A stretch of 64,000 bases of DNA from an uncultured Roseovarius sp. (GCA_947497295.1 CANMFU010000004.1:25916-89915), one strand, 5' to 3'. Shown: positions 41,685-52,473, counted from the first letter of the stretch. The notes: generated from the sequence alone by a model not told the origin. Program-made: numbers and translations.

Positions 41685-42572
41685 ATGCTTGAAAAGCTTG
41701 AAATGTTTATCGCCCTTTCCAAAGCCAAGCACTTTGGAAAGGCGGCCGAGGATCTGGGCATCACGCAGCCGACCCTGTCGACTGGAATCAAGAACCTCGA
41801 AGAGCATCTGGGCGTCAAGCTGGTCTTTCGCGGCTCACGATATGGTGGGCTGACGCCCGAGGGGCATAGCGCCCTTGATTGGGCGCGCAGGATCGTTGGC
41901 GATGCGCGACAACTCAAGGACGAGATGCGCTTCAAGAAGAATGGCCTGACAGGCCAACTGCGGGTCGCCGTCATCCCCACGGCACTGACCTGGGCGGCGC
42001 AGTTATCGGCCAGATTCAGCGAAAAGAACCCCAGGGTGCGGCTGACCTTGCTGTCGCGCACGTCGATCGAAATTCTGTCGATGATTGAGAATTTGGACGT
42101 CGATGCGGGCATCACATATCTGGACAACGAGCCGACGGGCCGGGTCAGTACTGAACCGCTTTATCGCGAGCGATATATGCTGATTTGCAGCGAAAATTCG
42201 CGCTTTTCAGAGCGCGACATGATTGGCTGGAAGGAGTTGGAGGGCGAAAGGCTGGCCTTGCTGACGCCCGAAAACCAGAACCGGCGAATCATAAACCGCC
42301 ATTTTCAGGACGCCGGAGCGACGCCTGATGCCTGGATTGAATCAGATTCGCCAATTGTTCTGGTGGCAAATGTCGAAAAAGGCGACTGGCTGACCATCCT
42401 CGCCGCCGATATCGCAGTGTTTCTGACCCAAGGAAAGGCGCTGCGTCTGATTCCACTGGCGGGCACAACGGCGGCCCCCAGCGTCGGGCTGGTCGCCCCA
42501 TATCGCGAACCGCACACGCCAACATTGAAGGCCTTGTTGAACGAGGCACGGCTGATGTCCGATATAGATTGA
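41685..42572 (+). CDS. LysR-family regulator of the fds operon (FdsR-like)
   Basis: HFGKAAEDLGITQPTLSTGIKNLE HTH; directly upstream of fdsG. Confidence 0.92.
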   Translation: MLEKLEMFIALSKAKHFGKAAEDLGITQPTLSTGIKNLEEHLGVKLVFRGSRYGGLTPEGHSALDWARRIVGDARQLKDEMRFKKNGLTGQLRVAVIPTALTWAAQLSARFSEKNPRVRLTLLSRTSIEILSMIENLDVDAGITYLDNEPTGRVSTEPLYRERYMLICSENSRFSERDMIGWKELEGERLALLTPENQNRRIINRHFQDAGATPDAWIESDSPIVLVANVEKGDWLTILAADIAVFLTQGKALRLIPLAGTTAAPSVGLVAPYREPHTPTLKALLNEARLMSDID

Positions 42573-42618
42573 TTGAAAATCCCTATCGGTAGACGAATAT
42601 TCGATATTGATTGAAAAT
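42568..42618. promoter_or_regulatory. 13-bp direct repeat in the fdsG promoter region
   Basis: ATTGATTGAAAAT at 42568 and 42606, with TATCG-N13-CGATA (42584-42606) between them. Candidate LysR operator. Confidence 0.45.
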
Positions 42619-42664
42619 GATACGGCTCATTACGTTGCAGGCAGCACAGCAGAGAAGGCCAGCC

Positions 42665-43141
42665 ATGCAACACCCGACGCCACCCCCGACAGACCTTGAG
42701 ATCGAGGCATTGATTGCCGATCACCGGCACCTCGAAGGACCATTGCTGCCGATCCTGCACGCCATTCAGCGCGCGTTCGGCCACATCCCCCAGACAGCCG
42801 TGCCGCTGATCGCCGTGGCGCTGAACATCACCAAGGCCGAAGTGCATGGCGTGATGTCCTTCTACCACGACTTCCGCGAGGTTCCCGCCGGGCGTCACGT
42901 CGTCAAGATCTGCCGCGCCGAGGCGTGTCAGTCCATGGGCGGCACCGCACTGGCCGAAGGTGTGCTGGCTGAGCTGGGCGTCGCATGGCACGGCACCACC
43001 CCCAACGGCAATGTCACGATCGAGCCGGTCTACTGCCTTGGCCTGTGCGCCTGCGCACCCGCCGCGATGATCGACGGCAAGGTGGTCGGCCGCCTGGACG
43101 CCACCCGCATGAGCAAGCTTTTGAAGGAGGCAGGCGCATGA
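42665..43141 (+). CDS. fdsG: NAD-dependent formate dehydrogenase gamma subunit (NuoE-like)
   Basis: GVMSFYHDF, ICRAEACQSMG and VYCLGLCACAP. Confidence 0.95.
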   Translation: MQHPTPPPTDLEIEALIADHRHLEGPLLPILHAIQRAFGHIPQTAVPLIAVALNITKAEVHGVMSFYHDFREVPAGRHVVKICRAEACQSMGGTALAEGVLAELGVAWHGTTPNGNVTIEPVYCLGLCACAPAAMIDGKVVGRLDATRMSKLLKEAGA

Positions 43142-44655
43142 AAATCTATATCCCCCTCGACAGCGCGGCCAAGGCACTGGGCGCCGATGATGTGGCCGCC
43201 GCGATCCGGACCGAGACCGCCGCCCGCGGCATCGACGCGACCATCATCCGCAACGGCACCCGCGGCATGATCTGGCTGGAGCCGCTGGTGGAAATCGACA
43301 CCGGCGAAGGCCGACGCGCCTTCGGCCCCGTCACAGTGGACGATGTGCCGGCCCTGCTGGATGGCAAGCTGGACAGCCTCGGCAAGGTCGAGGATATCCC
43401 GTTCTTCGCCCGCCAGACCCGCCTGACCTTTGCCCGCTGCGGCGTGATCGACCCGCTGGATGTGGCCGATTACGAGGCGCATGGCGGCCTCGCTGGCCTG
43501 CGCCGCGCGATTGCGATGACCCCCGGCGACATCGTGACCGAGGTCACCGATAGCGGCCTGCGCGGACGCGGCGGCGCGGGCTTCCCCACCGGGATCAAGT
43601 GGAAGACGGTGATGGAGGCCGAGGCGACCCAGAAATACATCGTCTGCAACGCCGACGAGGGCGACAGCGGCACCTTTGCCGACCGCATGATCATGGAAGG
43701 CGACCCCTTTACCCTGATCGAAGGCATGGTAATTGCCGGGCTCGCGGTCGGCGCAACCAAGGGCTATGTTTACCTGCGCTCGGAATACCCCGATGCAATC
43801 AACGTGATGAATGCCGCCGTCGCGCTGGCGCAGAAAAACGGCATCCTTGGCGCCGATATTCTGGGCTCTGGCCGCGCCTTTGACATGGAAATCCGCGTCG
43901 GCGCCGGCGCCTATGTCTGCGGCGAGGAAACATCGCTGCTGAACTCGCTGGAGGGCAAACGCGGCGTGGTCCGGGCCAAGCCGCCCCTGCCTGCATTGGA
44001 GGGGTTTCTGGGCAAGCCGACGGTGGTGAATAACGTCATCAGTCTGGCGACCGTTCCGGTCATCTTCGAGCGCGGCGCGCAGCATTACGCCGATTTCGGC
44101 ACCGGTCGGTCGCGCGGCACCGCCACCTTGCAGATCGCCGGTAATATCGCGCGCGGCGGGCTGTTCGAGACGGCCTTCGGCATCACGCTGGACGAGATCA
44201 TCAACGATCTGGGCGGCGGCACGGCCTCGGGTCGGCCGGTCAAGGCGGCGCAGGTCGGTGGCCCGCTGGGTGCCTATATCCCTGTGTCCAACTTCGACGC
44301 CCCTCTGGGATATGAGGAGCTGGACGCCAGGGGCGGTCTGCTGGGCCATGCCGGGATCGTGGTGTTTGACGACACCGCCGATATGCTGCGAATGGCGCGG
44401 TTTGCGATGGAATTCTGCGCGGTGGAAAGCTGTGGTAAATGCACGCCCTGCCGTATCGGATCGGTGCGCGGGGTCGAAACCATCGATCGCATCGCGCGCG
44501 GTGATGCCGCCGCGATCCCGCTGCTGACGGACCTTTGCGAGACGATGACCGAAGGCTCGCTTTGCGCGCTTGGCGGCTTTACGCCCTACCCTGTCATGTC
44601 CGCCCTCACCCATTTCCCCGACGATTTCGCGCGTCAGCAGGAGGCTGCAGAATGA
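43138..44655 (+). CDS. fdsB: NAD-dependent formate dehydrogenase beta subunit (NuoF-like)
   Basis: GLRGRGGAGFPTG, CNADEGD, AYVCGEETSL and ESCGKCTPCRIG. ATGA overlap with fdsG. Confidence 0.97.
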   Translation: MKIYIPLDSAAKALGADDVAAAIRTETAARGIDATIIRNGTRGMIWLEPLVEIDTGEGRRAFGPVTVDDVPALLDGKLDSLGKVEDIPFFARQTRLTFARCGVIDPLDVADYEAHGGLAGLRRAIAMTPGDIVTEVTDSGLRGRGGAGFPTGIKWKTVMEAEATQKYIVCNADEGDSGTFADRMIMEGDPFTLIEGMVIAGLAVGATKGYVYLRSEYPDAINVMNAAVALAQKNGILGADILGSGRAFDMEIRVGAGAYVCGEETSLLNSLEGKRGVVRAKPPLPALEGFLGKPTVVNNVISLATVPVIFERGAQHYADFGTGRSRGTATLQIAGNIARGGLFETAFGITLDEIINDLGGGTASGRPVKAAQVGGPLGAYIPVSNFDAPLGYEELDARGGLLGHAGIVVFDDTADMLRMARFAMEFCAVESCGKCTPCRIGSVRGVETIDRIARGDAAAIPLLTDLCETMTEGSLCALGGFTPYPVMSALTHFPDDFARQQEAAE

Positions 44656-47585
44656 AAGATTTCATCCTACCCACATCCATCCATGACGACCGCGACATGG
44701 GCACCCCGGCCAAGATCGGCGCGCCTGTCACCCTGACCATTGACGGGTTTTCGATCACGGTGCCCGAGGGCACGTCCGTCATGCGCGCCGCCGCCGAGGC
44801 TGGCATGCAGATCCCGAAACTTTGCGCCTCCGACAACATGGAGGCGTTCGGATCATGCCGCCTCTGCGTGGTGGAGATCGAAGGCCGCCGCGGCACGCCC
44901 GCCTCCTGCACCACCCCGGTCGCCGAGGGCATGGCAGTCAAGACCCAGACATCCAAGGTCAAGAAGATCCGCAAGGGCGTGATGGAGCTCTATATCTCCG
45001 ACCACCCGCTGGATTGCCTGACATGTAGCGCCAATGGCGATTGCGAATTGCAGGACATGGCCGGTGCCGTTGGCCTGCGCGATCAGCGTTACACGTCGGG
45101 GCGTAACCACTACGACCCACTTGGCATCGGCACGCTGGCACAGGGCGATGCCCGCGCCCGCGCACCTGTGGGCGATCTGGGCAACCCCGATTACATCCCC
45201 GCCGACACCAGCAACCCCTATTTCACCTATGACCCCAGCAAGTGCATCGTCTGTTCCCGCTGCGTGCGCGCCTGCGAAGAGGTTCAGGGCACCTTTGCGC
45301 TGACCATCGAGGGGATGGGCTTTGACAGCCGCGTTTCCGCCGGCATGACGGGCGATGATTTCATGGCCTCCGATTGCGTCAGCTGCGGCGCCTGCGTGCA
45401 GGCTTGCCCGACAGCTTCGCTTCAGGAAAAATCCATCATTGAGCTGGGCACGCCCGAGCGGTCCGTGATCACCACCTGCGCCTATTGCGGCGTCGGCTGC
45501 TCGTTCAAGGCCGAACTGAATGGCGACGAACTGGTGCGCATGGTCCCTTACAAGCACGGCAAGGCCAATCGCGGCCATTCCTGCGTCAAGGGCCGGTTCG
45601 CCTATGGTTATGCCAACCACAAGGACCGCATCCTGAACCCGATGATCCGCGACAGCATAGATCAGCCGTGGCAGGAGGTCAGCTGGGACGAGGCGCTGAC
45701 ATTTGCCGCTGACCGCATGCGCGGTCTTCAGGACACGTACGGCAAGAAATCCATCGGCGTCATCACCTCCAGCCGCTGCACCAACGAGGAAACCTATCTG
45801 GTGCAGAAACTGACGCGCGCGGTTTTTGGCAACAACAACACCGATACTTGCGCGCGCGTCTGCCATTCGCCCACCGGCTATGGCTTGGGCCAGACCTTTG
45901 GCACCTCCGCCGGCACGCAGGATTTCGACTCGGTCGAGGATACCGACGTCATGATCCTGATCGGCGCCAATCCGACGGACGCGCACCCCGTCTTTGCCAG
46001 CCGCATGAAGAAACGCCTGCGCGCGGGCGCCAAGATCATCGTGATCGATCCGCGCAAGATCGATCTGGTCCGCTCCGCCCATGTGGAGGCATCGCATCAC
46101 CTGCCCCTGCGCCCCGGCACCAATGTGGCCGTCGTTTCTGCATTGTCGCATGTGATCGTGACCGAAGGATTGATGGATCAGGACTTTATCCGCGAGCGGT
46201 GCGACTGGGACGAATTCAGCGAATACGCCGAGTTCATCAGCGATCCGCGCCACAGCCCCGAGGCAACCGAGATGCTGACCGGCGTGCCCGCCGCCGACTT
46301 GCGCGCCGCTGCGCGCCTTTTTGCAACGGGCGGCAATGGCGCCATCTACTACGGCCTCGGCGTGACCGAGCACAGCCAGGGCTCGACCACCGTTATCGGC
46401 ATCGCCAACCTTGCCATGCTGACCGGCAATATTGGCCGCCGCGGCGTGGGCGTGAACCCGCTGCGCGGCCAGAACAACGTGCAGGGATCCTGCGATATGG
46501 GATCCTTCCCGCACGAGCTGCCCGGCTATCGCCACGTCAAAAATCAGGACGTGCGCGACATCTACGAGGATCTCTGGGGCGTCGAAATCGACTCCGAGCC
46601 GGGCCTGCGCATCCCCAACATGCTGGATGCCGCGGTCGAGGGCACGTTCAAGGGCCTTTACTGCCAGGGCGAGGATATCCTGCAATCGGACCCGGACACC
46701 AAACACGTCGCCGCCGGCCTTGCGGCCATGGAATGCGTCATCGTGCATGATCTGTTCCTGAACGAGACGGCGAATTACGCGCATGTCTTCCTGCCCGGCT
46801 CGACCTTTTTGGAAAAGGACGGCACGTTCACCAATGCCGAGCGCCGCATAAACCGCGTGCGCGAGGTGATGAAGCCGCTGAACGGCTATGCCGACTGGGA
46901 GGTGACGCAAGCCTTGGCCAATGCGATGGGCGCGGGCTGGACCTATACCCACCCGACCCAGATCATGGACGAGATTGCCCTGACCACCCCCAGCTTTGCC
47001 GGAGTATCCTATGACGTGCTGGAGGAAAAAGGCTCGGTCCAGTGGCCCTGCAACGAGGATCATCCCGATGGCACGCCGCTCATGCATGTCGATGGCTTCA
47101 TGCGCGGCAAGGGGCGGTTCATCGTCACCGAATATGTCGCGACCGAGGAGAAATCCGGCCCGCGCTTCCCGCTCTTGCTGACCACCGGGCGCATCCTGTC
47201 GCAATATAACGTCGGCGCGCAGACACGGCGCACCGATAACAGCCTGTGGCATGACGAAGACCTGCTGGAGATCCATCCGCATGACGCCGAACTGCGCGGC
47301 CTGAAGGACGGTCAATGGATCAAGCTGGCCTCGCGTTCGGGCGAAACCACTCTGCGCGCCAAGGTCTCGGACCGGATGTCGCCGGGTGTTGTTTATACCA
47401 CATTCCACCATCCCGATACGCAGGCCAACGTCATCACCACCGATTTTTCCGACTGGGCCACCAACTGCCCCGAATACAAGGTGACGGCGGTGCAGGTCTC
47501 GCATTCCAACGGCCCCACAGACTGGCAGGAGGAGTATAACGCCCAGGCCGAGAGGTCGCGCCGCATCCTGCCTGCGGCGGAATAA
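44652..47585 (+). CDS. fdsA: NAD-dependent formate dehydrogenase alpha subunit (Mo-bisPGD, Cys ligand)
   Basis: NuoG-like Fe-S motifs, CAYCGVGC, catalytic DTCARVCHS, LRGQNNVQG and LTTGRILSQYN. Confidence 0.98.
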   Translation: MKDFILPTSIHDDRDMGTPAKIGAPVTLTIDGFSITVPEGTSVMRAAAEAGMQIPKLCASDNMEAFGSCRLCVVEIEGRRGTPASCTTPVAEGMAVKTQTSKVKKIRKGVMELYISDHPLDCLTCSANGDCELQDMAGAVGLRDQRYTSGRNHYDPLGIGTLAQGDARARAPVGDLGNPDYIPADTSNPYFTYDPSKCIVCSRCVRACEEVQGTFALTIEGMGFDSRVSAGMTGDDFMASDCVSCGACVQACPTASLQEKSIIELGTPERSVITTCAYCGVGCSFKAELNGDELVRMVPYKHGKANRGHSCVKGRFAYGYANHKDRILNPMIRDSIDQPWQEVSWDEALTFAADRMRGLQDTYGKKSIGVITSSRCTNEETYLVQKLTRAVFGNNNTDTCARVCHSPTGYGLGQTFGTSAGTQDFDSVEDTDVMILIGANPTDAHPVFASRMKKRLRAGAKIIVIDPRKIDLVRSAHVEASHHLPLRPGTNVAVVSALSHVIVTEGLMDQDFIRERCDWDEFSEYAEFISDPRHSPEATEMLTGVPAADLRAAARLFATGGNGAIYYGLGVTEHSQGSTTVIGIANLAMLTGNIGRRGVGVNPLRGQNNVQGSCDMGSFPHELPGYRHVKNQDVRDIYEDLWGVEIDSEPGLRIPNMLDAAVEGTFKGLYCQGEDILQSDPDTKHVAAGLAAMECVIVHDLFLNETANYAHVFLPGSTFLEKDGTFTNAERRINRVREVMKPLNGYADWEVTQALANAMGAGWTYTHPTQIMDEIALTTPSFAGVSYDVLEEKGSVQWPCNEDHPDGTPLMHVDGFMRGKGRFIVTEYVATEEKSGPRFPLLLTTGRILSQYNVGAQTRRTDNSLWHDEDLLEIHPHDAELRGLKDGQWIKLASRSGETTLRAKVSDRMSPGVVYTTFHHPDTQANVITTDFSDWATNCPEYKVTAVQVSHSNGPTDWQEEYNAQAERSRRILPAAE

Positions 47586-47588
47586 GCC

Positions 47589-48413
47589 ATGATTTCCCCG
47601 TGGGTTACACATAGCGCGGCCGGCGTTTCCGTCCGGCGGGACGGCGTGCGCGACATCGTGCGCTCCCTGCCCGAAGAAACGCCCATCGCCTTGGTCTTTG
47701 ACGGGACCACAGCGGCGGTGATGATGGCAACGCCGGATGACATCGCCGATTTCGCGCTGGGGTTCGCGCTGACCGAGGGGTTCATCAGCGCCCCCAGCGA
47801 CGTGGCCGAGTTCGAGATCGTCCCGCACGAGCAAGGCATCGAGGCGCGGTTCTGGTTGAAGGGCGAGCGGGCCGAAGCGGTAAAAGCCCGTCGCCGCAAT
47901 ATGCTCGGACCGGTGGGCTGCGGGCTGTGCGGTATCGACAGCCTGGAGCAGGCCATCCGGTCCCTGCCCGTGCTGGCACAGGGCCAAAGTGCGATCAGCC
48001 AATGCGACGTGGCGCGCGCAACCGATGCACTTTGCGCGCACCAGCCGCTGCATGACCTCACCCGCGCGGTTCATGCCGCCGGGTTCATGCGGCCCGGCGG
48101 CCAGATCGCGCTGGCCCGCGAGGATGTGGGCCGACACAACGCGCTGGACAAGCTGATCGGCGCGATGGCCCATCAGGGTATCGACCCGCGCGAGGGCGCA
48201 ATCGTGCTGACCTCGCGCGTGTCAGTTGAAATGGTGCAAAAGACGGTGATTGCGGGCTGCCCCGTTCTGATCGCCGTGTCCGCCCCGACGGCCCATGCGC
48301 TGCGCCTTGCCGAACGTGCCGGGCTGGCGCTGGCGGCCTTTGCGCGCGACGGCCGCTTTGATGTCTATTCCCATGCCAAACGTATTCAGACAGGAGCCTG
48401 CAATGCAGCCTGA
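47589..48413 (+). CDS. fdsC: Formate dehydrogenase accessory sulfurtransferase FdhD/FdsC
   Basis: PEETP, GFALTEG, GCGLCG and REDVGRHNALDKLIG. Confidence 0.95.
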   Translation: MISPWVTHSAAGVSVRRDGVRDIVRSLPEETPIALVFDGTTAAVMMATPDDIADFALGFALTEGFISAPSDVAEFEIVPHEQGIEARFWLKGERAEAVKARRRNMLGPVGCGLCGIDSLEQAIRSLPVLAQGQSAISQCDVARATDALCAHQPLHDLTRAVHAAGFMRPGGQIALAREDVGRHNALDKLIGAMAHQGIDPREGAIVLTSRVSVEMVQKTVIAGCPVLIAVSAPTAHALRLAERAGLALAAFARDGRFDVYSHAKRIQTGACNAA

Positions 48414-48621
48414 CAAATTGATCATGATGGCCAATCAGATCGCCACATACTTCAAAACGCAGCCCGGCACCGGTCAGGCCGAAAGCGTCGCCGCCCATAT
48501 CAACGATTTCTGGGATCCACGGATGCGCGCCAAACTGTCGACCTATGTCGAGACTGACGGGACAGGAATGTCAGAACTTGCCATCGAGGCGATGGCATTC
48601 ATACGCGTGCCCAAGGACTGA
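48403..48621 (+). CDS. fdsD: Formate dehydrogenase delta subunit
   Basis: MQPDKLIMMANQIATYF...HINDFWDPRMR; RBS AGGAG. Confidence 0.93.
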   Translation: MQPDKLIMMANQIATYFKTQPGTGQAESVAAHINDFWDPRMRAKLSTYVETDGTGMSELAIEAMAFIRVPKD

Positions 48622-48659
48622 TTTGCAAGACTTCGACGTGCAGCCCGATCACTATGGTG

Positions 48660-48960
48660 TCAATTTTTGGTGCAATGGATCTTCCGTCTTTCAGTGATGA
48701 TTTGGCTCTCGCGCACCGAATAAAAGATGCCGCCGTGCCGCAATTCCATCAAGCATCCGTCCGTCACAGCGTTAGCAGTAACCGCTGTTATAGGGCGACC
48801 CGGGCGCGATGCATGCCGTCTTGGCGACCTTGGCAATGAACCTGGGTCCATTATCTGACCGGATGTATGCTAGCGCGCATTCCAGGATGATCAGGTCTGC
48901 CAGCGCATCAATGACTTCGGTCGAATATAGCCTTCGCTTCACACGGATTGCCAGACACTC
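48660..48960 (-). mobile_element. IS3-family (IS407-group-like) transposase remnant
   Basis: RRLYSTEVIDALADLIIL...IRSDNGP..AKTACIAPGSP...GYC and GIFYSVRESQIITE, with deletions and frameshifts. Confidence 0.8.
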
Positions 48961-48989
48961 CCGGCTGTGATCGTCCTGGATGGCGGGCA

Positions 48990-49410
48990 TTCTGAACGCT
49001 CTGCCCCCCTTGGTTCTGTGATGCATGACGTCATCCGATCCAGCCACGCGAGTTCGGGCGATGTCGACTTTGTCATGTCGAAATCCGTCGACCAGCTCGA
49101 CCGCGACCAAACAGATGTGGCGACCCTGTTCAAGCGGCTCAGGCTGTATTGGGCCAGTATCATTACCCCCTCCCAACGCGGCAATAATGAGCTGGATGGT
49201 CGTTTCGGAGGTTGCAATGACTATGATGTCGCGCGGCGCTGTGACGATGACAGCCGGCCCTGGCCACTGAATCCTTGGGAACCGGCACTCTCAACAACGA
49301 ACTCTATACCTGGACCCTCGTCAGGAACCGCCTGCGCCATGTCTGAAATCCGGGCACCGGGCGACGCGCCTCATTTCCCACCAAGGAATGGATTACGAGC
49401 GACGCGCCTC
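48990..49410 (+). pseudogene. Large serine recombinase relic
   Basis: DFVMSKSVDQLDRDQTDVATLFKRLR (catalytic domain, cf. AEALDRxSRDQxDxAxLxKRL). In another frame, GTGTLNNELYT...RNRLRHV*NPGTGRR...EWI (recombinase domain). Confidence 0.75.
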
Positions 49411-49413
49411 AAT

Positions 49414-50625
49414 TGTGGAGCTGTCGCGGTTTGGTGCCGCTTCTTCGATGGCATTTACTGCAACGAAGGAGGCCAACCATGGGACTGAAACGGACGGACG
49501 AATTCCGAGCAGATGCGGTGCGGATCGCGCTGACCAACGGGCTAACGCGCAAGCAAGTTGCTGATGATCTGGGCGTTGGCATGCCGACGCTGAACAAAGG
49601 GATCATGGCACATCGAGATACTGACGTGGTGTCGAAAGAGGATTTGAGCCTCGCCAAATAGAATAATCGACTTCGGCGCGAGAACCGCATCTTCAAGGAG
49701 GAAAGCGATATCCTAAAGATGGCCACCTGTTTTACGGCAGCCGATTACGCAGTAATCTGCCGGAAGGCAGGCCTTTGCAGGCCAGAAATCATGAGGTTCA
49801 GGGTTGTCGAAAAACACACCGCCAGCTAACCGGCTGTGCCGTGTCGTCGGTGTCAGCGCGCGAGCTTTGCGGGCTTTTTGCAACCGCCCGGCCAGCCGCA
49901 GACAGCGGTCTGATCTGGTCACGTTGGCGCACATCAAAGAACAGTCGCGTCTTAGCCTTGGCAGTTACGGCAGTCCACGGAAGACCGAAAAGTCGAAGAA
50001 GATCGGCCCGGATGTCGGTCACCGCCGGGTCGGTCGCTTGATGGCGATCCCAAGTTCAACATCGCGCCAAACCTTCCGGGCCGAGACTTCTCAGCTGATC
50101 AGCCGAACCGGAAATGGGCTGGCTGCATCATCTATGTCTGGATATGCGAGGGGTGGCTTGATCTGGCTGTGATCCTGGGCCTGCATTCCCGGCGTGTCAT
50201 CGGTTAGGCTGTCAGCGGCCGGATGAAGCGCGACGTGGCGATCAGGCCGCTGAATAATGCGATTGCATTCCGGTCGCCATCTAAAGGCTGCAGTCACCAT
50301 ACGGACCGTGGGTCGCAATATTGTTCGCACGACTATCAGAAGGTCGTGCGACACCACGGGTTCAGCGTATCGATGAGCGGCAAGGGTTATTGTCACGATA
50401 ATGCCGCTGCCGAGACGTTCTTTAACATGATCAAGGCAGAAATGAACTGGCGACGGTGATGGGAAACGCGGCGACAGGCCGAGATGGCGATCTTTGAATA
50501 CATCAACGGCTTGTACAATCCACGCCGCCGCCACTCAGCATCAGGCTGGAAAAGCCCGGTCGCATTCGGACGGACGGTGTCTTGAACGAGCACCGGGCGC
50601 GGCACGAAAGCGTGACAGATCCACT
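49414..50625 (+). mobile_element. IS3-family insertion sequence, full length but inactivated
   Basis: 25-bp imperfect terminal inverted repeats (49414-49438 and 50601-50625, 20/25 match). orfA is MGLKRTDEFRADAVRIAL with a TAG at 49659. orfB fragments include HHTDRGSQYCS and DNAAAETFF with stops and frameshifts. Confidence 0.9.
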
Positions 50626-50898
50626 CCGCAATGGCGCGATTGCAGACCAGGAACAATTTGCAACCAAGGTGTTTTGAGAGAAGAATAATGAGCGTTAGAA
50701 AAATCCTGGATCTCCAGCGAAATCGCGCCTGAAACCTTTGCAAATGCACGCGCATTGTTGCGCCTGTCGAAGCCAGAATTCGATCCAAGAGGACGCTCTG
50801 CGCCAGCGTTTCACGTGGGTTCAACGCCCAGTGATCAAGGTCGCCTTGCGCCGCCTTCTGAGCATTGTCGGAAAACCGCACAGATAGAGCGCGGTTCC

Positions 50899-52078
50899 TT
50901 AGTTTTCTTTAGCGTTACCTCTATTTAGCAGCGCGCTCAGCGGTTTGCGCAGCAGGCGCATGGCATTGAGGATAACGACCAGCACCGACAACTGGTGCTT
51001 CGTCATACTGGCGGCCATATGGATCGTGCCGGTATAGACCCCGGACAGCAGCCCGATGACTGTCACCACAGCGATGACGAGGTTCTGGCGCATGTTGGCG
51101 GGCGTCGCGCGCGCGATTTCCATCGCCTCGGCGATCTTGGCTCGCGCTCGCTTCGGCTGCCGGGTGTTGATCACCGATCAGCATCACCACGCGGCGCCAG
51201 CGCGTGCAGGCGGTCGATCATCGGCCTGCTGGCGCGTGCCATGTCGGCCTGCCCCAGCAGGCCGAAGACTTCGCCGTTGCGCGCTACGATCACCAGCGTG
51301 TGGCCCAGCCCGTGCAGGCTGGCAACGCCGCCTTTCGCTTCGGCGTTGAACTCGATCTGGAGATGATCGAAAAGGCGGTGGCTGCCGACGGCGATGTCAT
51401 CACGGTCATGGCGTGCAATCAGGCCCGTGCCGGCAATTTCGTCCCTTCGGTCAGCGTGCCGGTCCTGTCCGGCGCGAGCGCGCTGAGGCGTCCGGCGTTT
51501 TCCAGATGCTCGCCGCCCTTGATCAGGATGCCAGACCGGGCCGCACGCCCGATCCCCGCGACCACCGACACCGGGGTCGAGATGGCCAGCACGCCGGGGC
51601 AACTGACCACCAGCAGCGTCAGCGCCAGTTCGGCGTTGCGCGTGACGATATAGCTGACGATCGCCATCACAAACACGCCGAGCGTTTACCAGCGCCCAAA
51701 ATTTTCGATCATTCGCTGGTCCGGGGCCTTGGCCTTCTGCGCCTCTTCAACGCGGTTGATGATCCGCGCCAGCGTAGTGTCGGCGCCGACGCCAGTGGCG
51801 CGCAGATCCAGCAGGCCGTTTTCGGCCAGTGTTCCGGCAAAGACCATAAAGCCGGGGGCCTTTTCGGCTGACGCAGGCGCCGCGAACTCCCGGCCCGCAG
51901 GGCGATGTCATAGCCCGCAAGCACGGCGGCAATTGTCATCAGCGGTGCCCAAGGGCGTGACCTGCCCAAAGCCATACAAGGCGACAAGTGCCACAGTGAT
52001 GAATACTCCACGGGAAATGGTCAGCCATTTACGCCGACTGGCGGGGTGCCTCACGATGTCCATGATCCCGGAAAACAT
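50899..52078 (-). pseudogene. Heavy-metal P1B-type ATPase, fragmented
   Basis: Pieces in several frames: VFAGTLAENG...[42 protein letters not shown] (degenerate DKTGT), MRQNL and VILNAMRLL. The GDGxND region is absent. Confidence 0.85.
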
Positions 52079-52146
52079 AAGCCCACGCCTTTCGTGGTAA
52101 ACCCCACCGCCTGGGAGCGGTGGGCTGGGGCGGCGCGACAATGCGG

Positions 52147-52377
52147 TCAGAAAGCCGACGGTTTGCCGGTATAGCCGAACTTGGCGATGATGTTGACCAA
52201 GGCAGCCACGTCCGTAAGCCCCGGATCGTGGTCTACCTCGATCCGTCCGGTGGCAAACTTCACTTCGGCCTTTTGCATGCGGGGCAATGCCTTCAAAGCT
52301 GGGTCGATTTTCGGCACGCAGGATGGGCAAGTCAGTTCGTTGCTGCGCTGTTTGGTACAGATTATGGTGTTGGCCAC
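52147..52377 (-). CDS. Heavy-metal-associated (HMA) domain chaperone
   Basis: ELTCPSCVPKI...AEVKFATGRIEVDHD...GY. GTG start after GGAAG; upstream of the ATPase relic. Confidence 0.75.
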   Translation of the reverse strand: MANTIICTKQRSNELTCPSCVPKIDPALKALPRMQKAEVKFATGRIEVDHDPGLTDVAALVNIIAKFGYTGKPSAF

Positions 52378-52473
52378 GGTGAAACACTTCCATGAGATTG
52401 CTGTTGGTTCTGGCCTAAATACGGCCACTCATCTGACGCAAAGGAAGTAGTCAAAGCGGAAAGATGGTATTGC

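Noticed and set aside
44652-47585. Selenocysteine or recoding in fdsA
   Set aside because: The frame is uninterrupted and the Mo ligand is a Cys codon (DTCARVCH).
44853-48173. 1106-aa antisense ORF opposite fdsA/fdsC; similar long antisense ORFs at 2818-4707, 8284-9822, 16670-18430 and 43030-44613
   Set aside because: They are shadows of strongly GC3-biased real genes. They have no recognisable motifs and fully overlap well-supported CDSs.
50630-50890. Possible Crp/Fnr HTH remnant (..PRETLA..) after the ATPase relic
   Set aside because: The similarity is a few residues only and cannot be supported without a search.
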